The notes below the pieces were generated by a model that saw only the letters and a program-made list of their open reading frames with translations, searched no databases and was not told the DNA's origin. 64,000 nucleotides of DNA from Planctomycetota bacterium. GTDB lineage: Bacteria; Planctomycetota; UBA1135; UBA2386. Made by a program: the position numbers and the translations under genes. The stretch spans positions 3,648,001-3,712,000 of the forward strand of contig OZ245006.1 in NCBI GenBank assembly GCA_965223545.1. The letters run 5' to 3'. Each line of letters starts with the position of its first letter. Positions within the stretch are counted from its first letter, which is position 1. Of the stretch, positions 54,100 to 64,000 are shown in pieces.

Positions 54100-54737
54100 T
54101 CGCGAGAAGCACGGTCGTGAGCACCAGCGAGAGCAGCGCACCGGACGCGACGCCGACGGTCGGTGTCCTCGCTCTGCAGGGCGACTTCGCCGACCACATC
54201 GCCGCCCTGCGCCGGTGCGGGCTGGCCGCCCGCCCGGTGCGCCGCGCGGCCGAGCTCACCGCCCTCGACGCCATCGTCCTGCCCGGCGGCGAGAGCACGA
54301 CGATGCTGCGGCTGCTCGACGTCGAGGAGCTGTTCGCGCCACTCGCGACGTGCTTGCGCTCCGGCATCCCGGTGCTCGGCACCTGCGCCGGCCTGATCCT
54401 GCTCGCCGCGGCCGTCGAAAGCCCGGCCCAGCGCAGCTTCGGCCTGCTCGACATCGACGTGCAGCGCAACGGCTACGGCCGCCAGCTGCACTCGGGCACG
54501 TTCGCGCTCGAAGGCGACGCGCTGCCGGCGGAAACGACCGGGGTCTTCATCCGCGCGCCGCGGATCCTCCGCGTCGGCGCCGGCGTCGAGGTGCTGGCGC
54601 GGCGTGGCGATGACCCGGTGCTGGTGCGGCAGGGTGCGATCGTCGGCGCGTGCTTTCACCCCGAGCTGGAAGTGGACCACCCGGTGACCGCGATGTTTGC
54701 CGCGGCCGTGCGTTCCGCGACTCAACGCCGGCCGTAA
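54096..54737 (+). CDS. pdxT: PLP synthase glutaminase subunit
   Basis: [45 protein letters not shown] start overlaps the pdxS stop (alternative start 54117). Confidence 0.95.
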   Translation: MIARSTVVSTSESSAPDATPTVGVLALQGDFADHIAALRRCGLAARPVRRAAELTALDAIVLPGGESTTMLRLLDVEELFAPLATCLRSGIPVLGTCAGLILLAAAVESPAQRSFGLLDIDVQRNGYGRQLHSGTFALEGDALPAETTGVFIRAPRILRVGAGVEVLARRGDDPVLVRQGAIVGACFHPELEVDHPVTAMFAAAVRSATQRRP

Positions 54738-54785
54738 CGCGTCGCCCACGCAGGATGCTCGGCGAGTCAATCGCGCACGGCCGAA

Positions 54786-55142
54786 TCAACCGGGCAGGCG
54801 CGCGCGCAACTCGGCATCGAGGTCCTTGCCACGATGGAAACCCCTCGACGTGATGAGCTCGATAGCAGTCCGCACGTCGGCAATCTCCGTCGCGGTCGCA
54901 GACTCGCTCGATCCCCGACGACGCGAACAAAACGTCGCATTCTGGCTGGGTCGAATGCGAGCCGGGCAGGGCCAACCGGACCGTGCCCAAGCGACCAGTC
55001 GGTTCGTGCTCCAGCAGCCGGAGGACACGGTAGCCATGCCGGTGCAGGTCTCGCACCAGCACTTCCGCCTGCTCGTCTCGTAGAGCCCTTCCCACTTCAC
55101 ATGCCGTCGACGGGGTTCGCTGCTCACGCTGAAGAAGAGCAT
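54786..55142 (-). pseudogene. Decayed nucleotidyltransferase (AbiEii-like) gene
   Basis: Fragments SVSSEPR / AEVLVRDL..GYRV...GRLGTVRL...DVLFASSGIE / AIELITSRGFHRGKDL spread across two frames. Confidence 0.5.
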
Positions 55143-55262
55143 ATCGGAGACTCCGTGATGGTGTCCGAGGCAAACAGCCCAGCTCGTCGCTCGGGCTCGC
55201 TGCGGATCAAGCCGGCCGCGTCAGCTGTCCCACGCTCGGAGCATTGGCGGTAAGGTGCGCGC

Positions 55263-57635
55263 ATGGTGAGTTCGAATGTCCGCGGCCGACGGCGCGCCGT
55301 CGCCGCCCTGCTGCCCCTGGCCACTGCACTGTCGATGGCGCGCGCACAGGACGCTCCGCCGACGATCATCGAAGGCCTCGTCGTCGACGAAGAGGGCGCA
55401 CCGATCGCGGACGCGGGCGTCGGCATGTTCACGGGGCGGCAGCTGATCGAGACCGCGCGGCTGCTGGCGGATCCCACCTGCCGCACGGACGAAGCCGGGC
55501 AGTTCCGGATCGCTCACCGGACGGGGTTCGACCTGCTCGCCATCACCGCGCCCAAGCGCCAGACCTTCGTCAAGAACATGCGGGGCCTCGAGCCCGGCAC
55601 CAACGCCATCGGCGCGATCGTGCTGCCGCCCGGGGGGCTGCTCGCCGGCCGCATCCGCGGCCGCGACGGCGAGCCGCTGGCCGGCGCGCGGGTGCGCGTC
55701 ACGAGCCCCTTGGTGAGCTACTTCGTCCTGACCAAGGACGGCGGCTTTCTGGCCGACGCAGTGACCGAAGCGAATGGCAACTTCGTCGTGCGGAGCGTGC
55801 CGCGCACCGGTCTCTCGGTCACGGTGACCGCGCCCGGCTACCGGTCGCGCTCGTTCTTTGCCGCTCACTACACGCCACTCGATCTCACGCTGGAGTCGCT
55901 CGGGTTCGCGCGGGGGCGGGTCGTCGACACCGACGGTGCACCAGTGGAAGGCGCGGTCTTGTTCGCTCGAAGCGCGGAGCCACAGCGCCTTCTGCCTGCT
56001 GACCTGTTGCGCAGCGGCGAGGATGGTCGGTTCGAGATCTCGGTGCCGTGCCCGGGCGACTACGTCGTTTCCGCGCGCGCGGAAACACCGGTACTGCAGG
56101 TGGCAAGCTCAGGGGGGCGCGGTCCGGTCAACGACCTCGTGCTCCAGCTCGCGCCCGCGGAAGCCCACGCGCCGCGCGCGATCCCCCTGCGGCTCGTCGA
56201 CGCAGCGACGGGCGCCGAGATCCCTCGGTTTCGCGCGACCGCGCTACGATCGCAGCAGATCCCCCAGCTCGCGATGCTGACCCACCTCGCTCGAGCCAGG
56301 GAATACGAGAGCGGCGACGCGGTGCCGGTCCACAGTGCGCGGTCGGTGTTCATCGAGGCCGCGGGCCACGCGTGGACGGTTGCGCCCGTCCCCGATGACG
56401 ACGAAGAGGAGTGGACCGTCGCGCTGGACGCCGAAGCGATCGTGACCGGGCGGGTCGTGCGGACCGACACCGGGGCGCCGATCCCCGGTGCGGCGGTGCG
56501 CGCGCTCCCCGCCGGCAAGTCTATGGGCACCGGTCAAGACCCGCGCCACTCCGGCGTCATCACCGACGCCGACGGGCGTTACCGAGTGGCGGGACTGAAA
56601 CCCGGTGCTTACCACGTGCAAGTTCTCCCCCCGGGCGAGGCCGTGTCTCCGCCGCACTCCGTCGAAGTCACGGTCGACCAGGCCGCCGTTTGCGACATCG
56701 AGGTCGGCGCGCCGCGCTTCTTGGAGTTTTCGTTCCGCGGTGAGCTAGCGGCGAGCGTGCCGTGCTCGGTGCGCTGGAAGTATGGCAGCAGCAACAGCAA
56801 GCCCGGCCACTTCGACTACGCACCAAAGCCGTGGACCTCGCAGCGGCTCCGCACGGGGCAGGACTACCGCCTGGGACCACTGAGTTCCGCCCAGTACTTG
56901 CTCGAGATCTGGAAGCCGAGCCGCGTCCGCATCGGAATGGGGACGGCGATCAGCCTGCCGTTGGTGGATCCAGACGATGGGCCCGTGGTGTTCGACGTGC
57001 CCGACCTGGGCGGCGAGATCGTGCGCGGCCGCGTCGACTTGCCCGCGGACGCGCCCGGCGAGCGCATCGCGGTCGCCGCATGGCCGATCATCGAAGGCAA
57101 AGTGCAACGCGGCTACCCGGCACCAGCACAGAGCGCCATGCTTGGCGTTGATGGCACGTTCGAGATCGACCTGCCGCACGGGCGCTACTCCCTGCACCTC
57201 GCCGACCTGGAGACGCACATTCTGTTCCACACCGAGCCGACCGATGTCGTCATCGAGAGCGGCATGGAGCCGCTGCGCATCCAGCCGTCGATCCAGTGGC
57301 TCGAGATCGACGTGCAGCCAGAGCGCGCGCTCGAGGACTACCGGATCGCCGGGATCGAGATCGAGGTAGCCCTACCGCGCGCCGATCGTCCCGCGCTGCT
57401 CGAGGCGACCGGGTTCAGCCCACGGACAGAGAGTCGGTGGATCGAGTTCCACGCCGACAGCGCCCGGCGGTGGTTGGTGCCCCGCGCGGAGGTGGAGCTC
57501 ACCGCTCGCCTGCGCAGTCGGCGGCTGGGTGAGGGCGGGACCGAGCCGATCGAGCTCGCGCCAGTCACGGTCCTGATCGACGAAGCACGGCACCAGGTGA
57601 CACTGCAGGTGCCGGGAGACGGGAGCGAACGATAG
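55263..57635 (+). CDS. Secreted carboxypeptidase-regulatory-like repeat protein
   Basis: Signal peptide ending ARAQ; repeated G.VVD..G.PI..A.V and TD..G.F/Y motifs. Confidence 0.82.
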   Translation: MVSSNVRGRRRAVAALLPLATALSMARAQDAPPTIIEGLVVDEEGAPIADAGVGMFTGRQLIETARLLADPTCRTDEAGQFRIAHRTGFDLLAITAPKRQTFVKNMRGLEPGTNAIGAIVLPPGGLLAGRIRGRDGEPLAGARVRVTSPLVSYFVLTKDGGFLADAVTEANGNFVVRSVPRTGLSVTVTAPGYRSRSFFAAHYTPLDLTLESLGFARGRVVDTDGAPVEGAVLFARSAEPQRLLPADLLRSGEDGRFEISVPCPGDYVVSARAETPVLQVASSGGRGPVNDLVLQLAPAEAHAPRAIPLRLVDAATGAEIPRFRATALRSQQIPQLAMLTHLARAREYESGDAVPVHSARSVFIEAAGHAWTVAPVPDDDEEEWTVALDAEAIVTGRVVRTDTGAPIPGAAVRALPAGKSMGTGQDPRHSGVITDADGRYRVAGLKPGAYHVQVLPPGEAVSPPHSVEVTVDQAAVCDIEVGAPRFLEFSFRGELAASVPCSVRWKYGSSNSKPGHFDYAPKPWTSQRLRTGQDYRLGPLSSAQYLLEIWKPSRVRIGMGTAISLPLVDPDDGPVVFDVPDLGGEIVRGRVDLPADAPGERIAVAAWPIIEGKVQRGYPAPAQSAMLGVDGTFEIDLPHGRYSLHLADLETHILFHTEPTDVVIESGMEPLRIQPSIQWLEIDVQPERALEDYRIAGIEIEVALPRADRPALLEATGFSPRTESRWIEFHADSARRWLVPRAEVELTARLRSRRLGEGGTEPIELAPVTVLIDEARHQVTLQVPGDGSER

Positions 57636-57654
57636 CCGGCGAGTGGGTGATCCG

Positions 57655-58158
57655 ATGACCATCTCAGCCACTGAACGATTGGCCGAGCGGTTCTTCGCCG
57701 GCGAGCTGCCGCTCTCGCAATGGTCTCACAAGGCACACCTGCGCGTCGCGGTCTGGTGTCTGTGCCGCGAGGGACCCGAACGGGCGATGCACCAGCTGCG
57801 CACCGGAATCCGGCGTCACAACGAGGCGACGGGTGTGCACAACGGCCCGGACACCGGCTACCACGAGACCCTGACGCGTTTCTGGGTGCTCGTGCTGTGG
57901 GAGTTCTTGCTGCGCTGCGGCCCGGTCACCGATCTCGACGAAGTTGCGGCGCGCGTCGAAGCGGAGTTCGCTGATCCCAAGTTGCCGTTGCGCTTCTACA
58001 GCAGCGCACGGCTGTGGTCGCGGACAGCCCGGCAGCAGTGGGTCGCGCCGGATGTGGCCCCGCTGCCGCACTTCGACCCCGACCAGCCACTCGCAACGGT
58101 CGATTGCGGCGCGGACGCGCTATGGTGCCGGCGTGGAACTGACGATTCGACGGCCTGA
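57655..58158 (+). CDS. Conserved hypothetical protein (His-rich motifs)
   Basis: [29 protein letters not shown]...L.S..AR..WV.PD. Confidence 0.75.
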   Translation: MTISATERLAERFFAGELPLSQWSHKAHLRVAVWCLCREGPERAMHQLRTGIRRHNEATGVHNGPDTGYHETLTRFWVLVLWEFLLRCGPVTDLDEVAARVEAEFADPKLPLRFYSSARLWSRTARQQWVAPDVAPLPHFDPDQPLATVDCGADALWCRRGTDDSTA

Positions 58159-59164
58159 CGACTGGCACATCCACCTGCGCGACGGTGCCGCGCTCGCGCA
58201 CACGGTGCGCGACTGCGCGCGCAACTTCCGCCGCGCCATCGTGATGCCCAACCTGCAGCCGCCGGTCGTGACGACTGCGGATGCCGCGGCCTATCGCGCG
58301 CGCATTCTTGCCGCGCGCCCGCCCGGCGCGGACTTCGAGCCGCTGATGACGCTCTACCTGACCGACAACACCGGGGTGGACGAGATCGCGCGCGCCGCCG
58401 CCAGCGGCTTCGTCCCCGCCGTCAAGCTCTACCCAGCCGGCGCGACGACCAACAGCGACTCCGGCGTCACCGATCTGGACCGGGTGTGGGGCGCACTCGA
58501 GGCGATGGCCGAGCACGGCCTCGTGCTCTGCGTGCACGGCGAGGTCACGGATGCCAGCATCGACATCTTCGATCGCGAGCGCGCGTTCATCGACCAGCAG
58601 CTCGGCTGCATCGTCGAGCGGCTGCCCGATCTGCGCGTCGTGTTCGAGCACATCACGACGCGGGACGCCGTGCAGTTCGTGACCACCGCGCCGGCACGCG
58701 TGGGCGCGACCATCACCGCCCATCATCTGCTCCTCGAGCGCAACGACATGCTCGTCGGCGGCATTCGCCCGCACTACTTCTGCCTGCCGGTGCTGAAGCG
58801 CCGCGAGCACCGCGACGCGCTGCTGTCGGCAGCGACCGGTGACGACCCCCGGTTCTTCCTCGGCACCGACAGCGCACCGCACGCCCGCCACACCAAAGAA
58901 GCGCCCTGCGGATGCGCCGGCATCTACACCGCGCGCGACGCGCTCGGCCTCTACGCCGAGGCGTTCGAGGCCGCCGGCCGGCTCGACCGGCTCGAGGCGT
59001 TCGCCAGCGAACGGGGCCCCGACTTCTACGGTCTGCCGCGCAACGAGGGAACGGTCGTGCTCCGTCGCGCGCCGGTCGAGGTTCCGGCCGAGCTCGCCTT
59101 TGGCGACGAGACCGTCGTGCCGCTGCGTGCTGGGGCTTCGGTTCGCTGGTCGCTGCCCGAGTGA
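58133..59164 (+). CDS. pyrC: Dihydroorotase (homodimeric type)
   Basis: [56 protein letters not shown]. Confidence 0.96.
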   Translation: MELTIRRPDDWHIHLRDGAALAHTVRDCARNFRRAIVMPNLQPPVVTTADAAAYRARILAARPPGADFEPLMTLYLTDNTGVDEIARAAASGFVPAVKLYPAGATTNSDSGVTDLDRVWGALEAMAEHGLVLCVHGEVTDASIDIFDRERAFIDQQLGCIVERLPDLRVVFEHITTRDAVQFVTTAPARVGATITAHHLLLERNDMLVGGIRPHYFCLPVLKRREHRDALLSAATGDDPRFFLGTDSAPHARHTKEAPCGCAGIYTARDALGLYAEAFEAAGRLDRLEAFASERGPDFYGLPRNEGTVVLRRAPVEVPAELAFGDETVVPLRAGASVRWSLPE

Positions 59165-59252
59165 GGGTCGGCCGCGGCGTTCCACGCCGACGGGCTTGCA
59201 CGCCGGCGAAGCCGCGCGAAGATGCGCGGCGTCCTATCCCCCCCGCCGTCCC

Positions 59253-60257
59253 ATGTCCAAGCTCCGCCTCGTCTCCTTCGGTCTCGGTCCGATCGGCCTC
59301 GCCGTCGCCGACCTCGCCCTGCGAAAGAAGAACTTCGAACTCGTCGGCGCCATCGACACCGATCCGGAGAAGGTCGGCAAGTCACTGGCGAGCTTGATCG
59401 AAGACGCAGCGCCGGCGGCCGGTGCAGTGACGGTCGAGGCCGACGCCGAGGCCGCGTATGCGCGATTGCGACCCGATGCGATCTTTCATTGCACGTCGTC
59501 GTTCTTGCCCGTGATCTCGGATCAGCTTTGCACGGCGGCGCGGGCGGGCGTCAACGTGGTCTCGTCCGCGGAGGAGCTGTTGGTGCCCGACTTGCAACAC
59601 CCCGAGCTGGCCGCGACGGTGGACGCCGCGGCGCGCGAGGGCGGTGCTACCGTGGTCGGCACCGGCGTCAACCCGGGCTACGTGCTCGACTATCTCGCGA
59701 TCGTCGGCTCGGCGGTCTGTCATGACGTGCAGCGCGTGCGCGGCGTGCGCGTCGTCGACGCGGGCACGCGGCGGCTGCCGCTGCAGCGCAAGGTCGGCGC
59801 GTCGCTGACGGCGGAGCAGTTTGCCGAACAGGAACGCACCGGCCGTTTCGGCCACATCGGCATGCGCGAGTCGGTCGCGCTGGTGGCGCGTGCTCTGGGC
59901 ATCGGGGTGGACGCGATCGAGCAGACGCTGGCGCCGTTGATCGCCGAGCGCCGCCACCAAACACCGTTCTTGACCGTCGAGGCGGGCCAGGTCGCCGGCA
60001 TCCACAACGTCGGTCTCGGCAAGCGCGGCGGAGAGACGGTGATCGAGCTCGATCTCAAGATGTACGTCGGCGCCGAGGACCCGCGCGACGAGGTGTTCTT
60101 GGACGGCTCTCCCGATCTGCACCTGCGCTTCGAGGGCGGGATCCCGGGCGATCAGGCGACCGCGGCGATGCTGGTCAACACGGTCCGCCAGGTGGTCGAG
60201 GCACCCGCGGGGCTGCGCACCATCGCGGATCTGCCGCCGCCGCGCATCGCGCGGTGA
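59253..60257 (+). CDS. NAD(P)-dependent amine dehydrogenase (DapB-like / 2,4-diaminopentanoate dehydrogenase family)
   Basis: GLGPIG Rossmann motif, SSAEEL, GTGVNPGY, RRLPLQRKVG, GGIPGDQATAA. Confidence 0.8.
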   Translation: MSKLRLVSFGLGPIGLAVADLALRKKNFELVGAIDTDPEKVGKSLASLIEDAAPAAGAVTVEADAEAAYARLRPDAIFHCTSSFLPVISDQLCTAARAGVNVVSSAEELLVPDLQHPELAATVDAAAREGGATVVGTGVNPGYVLDYLAIVGSAVCHDVQRVRGVRVVDAGTRRLPLQRKVGASLTAEQFAEQERTGRFGHIGMRESVALVARALGIGVDAIEQTLAPLIAERRHQTPFLTVEAGQVAGIHNVGLGKRGGETVIELDLKMYVGAEDPRDEVFLDGSPDLHLRFEGGIPGDQATAAMLVNTVRQVVEAPAGLRTIADLPPPRIAR

Positions 60258-60340
60258 CCGGCGCGCCGCGCCTTGGATCGGGCCGTCGGGCGCGCTAGAG
60301 TCCCGCCGAATCCAAATCCGCAACTCTCGAGGAAAGACAA

Positions 60341-60940
60341 ATGGCTGTTCTGGTCGGCAAGGAAGCTCCCGATTTCAACGCACAGGCCGTCATGCCCGAC
60401 GGCAGCTTCGCCGAGCTGTCGCTGTCCGGTATGCGCGGCAAGTACGTCGTGCTGTTCTTCTATCCGCTCGACTTCACCTTCGTGTGCCCGTCGGAGATCA
60501 TCGCTTTCGACAACAAGATCAGCGAGTTCAAGGAGCGCAACTGCGAGGTCGTCGGCGTGTCGGTCGACTCGCACTTCACGCACCACGCGTGGCGCAACAC
60601 CGCCGTGGAGAACGGCGGCATCGGCGCGATCCAGTATCCGCTGGTGGCGGATCTCACCAAGAGCATCGCGCGCGACTACGACGTGCTGACCGGTGACGGC
60701 GCGGTGTCGTATCGCGGCCTGTTCTTGATCGACAAGGAGGGCAACGTGCGCCACCAGATCGTCAATGACCTGCCGCTCGGCCGCAACGTCGACGAGGCGC
60801 TGCGCATGGTGGACGCGCTGCAGTTCCACGAGCAGCACGGCGAGGTGTGCCCCGCCAACTGGGCCAAGGGCAAGTCGGGCATGAAGCCGACCGCCGATGG
60901 CGTCGCCAGCTACCTGGCGGAGAACGCCAAGCAGCTCTGA
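60341..60940 (+). CDS. ahpC: 2-Cys peroxiredoxin (AhpC/Tsa family)
   Basis: [36 protein letters not shown]. Confidence 0.93.
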   Translation: MAVLVGKEAPDFNAQAVMPDGSFAELSLSGMRGKYVVLFFYPLDFTFVCPSEIIAFDNKISEFKERNCEVVGVSVDSHFTHHAWRNTAVENGGIGAIQYPLVADLTKSIARDYDVLTGDGAVSYRGLFLIDKEGNVRHQIVNDLPLGRNVDEALRMVDALQFHEQHGEVCPANWAKGKSGMKPTADGVASYLAENAKQL

Positions 60941-61668
60941 CGACCGCCGCGCCGCCGCACGGCGGTGCGCGCGATCATCCGCAGATGGCCGAGGCCGACG
61001 CGGACGACGCGCATCTTGCTCTGGCCGACGCGGCGGCGCGATAGCACTGCCGGCACCTCGCGGACAACGCAGCCGGCGTGCAGCGCGCGCAGCAGCGTGT
61101 CGGTGACGCCGAGGAACCCGTGCTCGGGAGAAGCGCATTGCCGTGCGACGTCGCACCGGTAGACCCGCACCATGCAAGTGAAGGTGTGCAGATCGGCGCG
61201 GGTCACGACGCGGTAGATGCGCGACGCGGCACTCGACAGGGCGAGCCGCCAGCGCGGCACGCCCTCGACGGCACCGTTGGGGTGGTAGCACGAGGCCAAC
61301 GCCACGTCGGCGCCGGCGTCGACCTCCTCGGCGAGCGCGCCGAGGACCGCGGGGTCGTAGGTCAGGTCGCTGTCGAGCCACGCGATCGACTCTCCGCGCG
61401 CGGCGGACAAGCCGGTCGCCAGCGCGGCGGTCAGGCCTCGGTTGTGGTCGTGGCGGAGAAGCTGCACCGGCAGGTCGGCACAATGTCGCTGTAGCAGCGG
61501 CCAGGTGTCGTCCTGCGAACCATCGTCGACCAACACCAGGTCGACGGCCCGCGGTTCCACCTCGTCGGCGAGCCAGCGGCGCAGCCGCGCGGCGAGGGCC
61601 GGCACCCCGGGGGCTTCGTCGTGCAGCGGCACGATGACGGTCAGCGAGCGGCGGCGAGCGGGCGACAA
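60910..61668 (-). CDS. Glycosyltransferase family 2
   Basis: [33 protein letters not shown]. Confidence 0.88.
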   Translation of the reverse strand: MSPARRRSLTVIVPLHDEAPGVPALAARLRRWLADEVEPRAVDLVLVDDGSQDDTWPLLQRHCADLPVQLLRHDHNRGLTAALATGLSAARGESIAWLDSDLTYDPAVLGALAEEVDAGADVALASCYHPNGAVEGVPRWRLALSSAASRIYRVVTRADLHTFTCMVRVYRCDVARQCASPEHGFLGVTDTLLRALHAGCVVREVPAVLSRRRVGQSKMRVVRVGLGHLRMIARTAVRRRGGRQSCLAFSAR

Positions 61669-61732
61669 GGGCCGCTCATGCTATTCTCTGCGCCGTCTAG
61701 CGGCGACGATTGGTTATGCTAGACCGCAAGTT

Positions 61733-62917
61733 ATGCGACGACCCTCGCATTGGATCCTGCTGTTCACGGCGATCGCCGGGGCCGGCTATGCGCTGACGGG
61801 CCACGCGGCCGCGCCGTCTTCCCCGGCGCCCGCCGGGGACGCGGCGCCGGCGCCCGGGCCCGTGGTGATACGGCGCACCGACGCGCCGGCGCCGGCCGAC
61901 CGGCTTGCGCCGGTGACCGGCTGGCTGCTGGACGCCGCCGGCTGGCCGGTGCGCGACGCGGTGGTCGCGACCACGGACGTGTCGGCCAGCGCACACAGCG
62001 ACGGCGCGGGGGCGTTCGAGCTGTGGGTGCCAGCTCAGCGACGCGCGCTGGTGACGATCCAAACCCCGGGCTTCGAAACGGTCCAGTCCTGGATGCACCC
62101 GGGCGCGCCCCTCGTGGTCACGCTCCGGCCGGCGCTGCCGTGGCACGTGGACCCACCACCGGCATCTCCGTCTCTGGACGGACTGCAGGGTGAGGGCTTC
62201 TTGAAGCGGCCCGATGGACAGCCCGCGGCGCACGCGGTGGTCACCGTCAGCGAGACGGGTGCGCGCGTCGTCGCCGACGAGAGCGGGCGCTACCGCGCGC
62301 CGTTGACCGATGGACCCGTGACGCTGATCGCGCACGACGACGAGGGCTTGGTCGCGCGCAGCGAGCCGGTCTACAGCGCGCGCCAGCGCGGGCTGGTGCC
62401 GGTTCCGGACCTCACGCTCTTTCCCGGCCGCAGCGTGCGCGGTTACGTGCGCGACGCCGACGGCCGGCCGTGCCGCGGCGCCGCGCTCGCCTTGCGCGGC
62501 GAGGGCGACTGGCGCTGGGTGCGCACCGCGGACGACGGCGGCTTCGCCTTCACCGGCCTCCTGGACGGCGACTACACGGTGGAAGCCGCGCCGCATCACG
62601 GTCTGCTCGGCACCGAGCGCCGGCTCACGCCCGGCGACTTCGTCGATCTCGAACTGCAGCTGCAGGAGAGCAAGCCGCTGCGGGTCGCGGTCGTCCACTC
62701 CAAGCGGAAGCAGCCGGTGGCGGGCGTTCACGTCGTCGCCGCCGAACACCCGCGGCGGCGGGCGCACGCGCTCACCGACGATCAGGGGCAGGCGACGCTC
62801 GACGGACTCGGCGATGGTCCGTTCGAGTTCGAGGTGCGCTCCGCGACAACCTACGATCAGTGGCAGGTCGTCGACTACGACGAGCAGCTCCAGCAGATCG
62901 CGGTCCGCGCGCCGTAG
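61733..62917 (+). CDS. Secreted or membrane-anchored carboxypeptidase-regulatory-like repeat protein
   Basis: N-terminal hydrophobic segment; GYVRDADGRP..GA, TADDGGF.F.GL..G.Y motifs. Confidence 0.75.
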   Translation: MRRPSHWILLFTAIAGAGYALTGHAAAPSSPAPAGDAAPAPGPVVIRRTDAPAPADRLAPVTGWLLDAAGWPVRDAVVATTDVSASAHSDGAGAFELWVPAQRRALVTIQTPGFETVQSWMHPGAPLVVTLRPALPWHVDPPPASPSLDGLQGEGFLKRPDGQPAAHAVVTVSETGARVVADESGRYRAPLTDGPVTLIAHDDEGLVARSEPVYSARQRGLVPVPDLTLFPGRSVRGYVRDADGRPCRGAALALRGEGDWRWVRTADDGGFAFTGLLDGDYTVEAAPHHGLLGTERRLTPGDFVDLELQLQESKPLRVAVVHSKRKQPVAGVHVVAAEHPRRRAHALTDDQGQATLDGLGDGPFEFEVRSATTYDQWQVVDYDEQLQQIAVRAP

Positions 62918-62984
62918 GTCATCGCGCGGCGCTGTTTCGGCGTGCGGGCGAAGTGATGGAACGGAGCCTGGCTCCGTACGATCA

Positions 62985-63947
62985 CTAGAGACGGACGACG
63001 GCGGGGTTGGAGATCAGCACTGGTCCACCCGACGGATCGAGCGCGATCGCCTGGGCGATACCGAGGCCGTCCGCCGTGGTGGGGAGCGGCAGGCGGAGCG
63101 CGGCGGTGCCGCTGCCGTCGACGGAGAAGCCCAGGGCAGCGAGCAGTGGTAGGCCGACACGCAGGGTGCCGATCGAAGTGTTCAGGGGGCCGGGGCTGGC
63201 GGACAGCAGCACGTAGCCCGTCGAAGCCGGCGGCGCGTCGACGTCGAGGGAGAGGCTGGTTCCGGCGCGTTCGCCGACGCGAAGCGCGGCGTAGCGGCCA
63301 ACTCCGTGGGGGCAGGAGGATGGAGTGTAGGCGAGGTCGTCGATGACGAGCCAAGTGGCGGAGGTGTCGACGACGATGCGCGAAATGCAGCTGCCGCTCA
63401 CCGTCAGTGGCTGCATCGCCGTGCCGAGCGTGACCGAAGCGGTATCGACGACCTGTCCGCCCACCGCATAGGCGACGGCAGTGACCGGCTGTCCGATGCC
63501 GGATCCGGTGCCGACCAAGAACTGCACCGAATCCACCGCGGGTCGAAACCAGATCTCCTCGGGGGGCCTGGGGATCGCACCCGACGCGTAGCGCGCGGTG
63601 ACGTTGAACGCGAGGAAGTTGGGCGAGCTGTGGCCAGTGACGCCGAAGTTCCCCGCCTCGTCCAAGGCAGCCCCACCGTCGGTCAGGGTCGGACCCAAGA
63701 AGGTCACGCCCAGACTCTGGTAGAAGTTCTGCAACGGCAGCGCCGAGGCGAACACCGGCGGCTGCACGTGGTCGTCGAAGTCGATGAACCCGGCTCCGCG
63801 CAACTGTGTGGTGTAGTGCGCGGGTCGCCATTCACTGTTCGGCGTGGCGGCCGCGCCGTTCGCCACTCCACCGGCGATCGCGGGCTGCTGGGCACCGAGG
63901 CAAGGAGCGACGGAAAGGACGAGGGCCATCGTGCTGAGTCGTTGCAT
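62985..63947 (-). CDS. Secreted hypothetical protein with the shared C-terminal module
   Basis: AGGAG RBS, signal MQRLSTMALVLSVAPCLGAQ; IDFDD...GVTF...IDDL jelly-roll-like domain; C-terminal module. Confidence 0.78.
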   Translation of the reverse strand: MQRLSTMALVLSVAPCLGAQQPAIAGGVANGAAATPNSEWRPAHYTTQLRGAGFIDFDDHVQPPVFASALPLQNFYQSLGVTFLGPTLTDGGAALDEAGNFGVTGHSSPNFLAFNVTARYASGAIPRPPEEIWFRPAVDSVQFLVGTGSGIGQPVTAVAYAVGGQVVDTASVTLGTAMQPLTVSGSCISRIVVDTSATWLVIDDLAYTPSSCPHGVGRYAALRVGERAGTSLSLDVDAPPASTGYVLLSASPGPLNTSIGTLRVGLPLLAALGFSVDGSGTAALRLPLPTTADGLGIAQAIALDPSGGPVLISNPAVVRL

Positions 63948-64000
63948 CAGTTCTCCTAGGGGTTGAGCGAGCGGCGGTGATGCGCACACACCGCGGACGA

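Overview
High-GC bacterial DNA. The gene content (ELWxxDGT proteins, ECF sigma factors fused to long extracytoplasmic tails, a Ser/Thr kinase-FGE fusion, many secreted proteins) suggests an uncultured Planctomycetota; this is inference. The window has three zones. (1) 1-23.5 kb holds mostly intact secreted or envelope genes: a VIT/vWA protein, CotH-LTD, an outer-membrane beta-barrel, an arylsulfotransferase, a membrane glycosyltransferase, two ELWxxDGT proteins, a kinase and two paralogous unknown secreted proteins. (2) 23.5-43.3 kb is a decayed mobile-element region. It contains an Rhs/Imm1-like remnant, IS256 and IS21 ends, and a three-level nest of an IS3 remnant > ISL3 (IRs and an 8-bp GTCTTGAG target duplication) > group II intron inserted in a long palindrome. 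It also holds four defective IS91-like pieces that share frameshifts, AAA+/DUF4143 genes, a parD/parE pair and several gene stumps. (3) 43.3-64 kb holds an FG-GAP protein, a beta-helix gene split by one TGA, a second ECF fusion, pdxR-pdxS-pdxT, pyrC, an oxidoreductase, a peroxiredoxin and a GT2. The most novel signals are: a shared ~110-130 aa C-terminal module on at least seven unrelated secreted proteins (candidate sorting domain); in-frame internal Shine-Dalgarno + ATG sites just before the transmembrane segment in both ECF fusions; and a group II intron whose two termini both deviate from consensus (UUGCG...GGC). All family assignments come from motif recognition by eye; no database searches were run.
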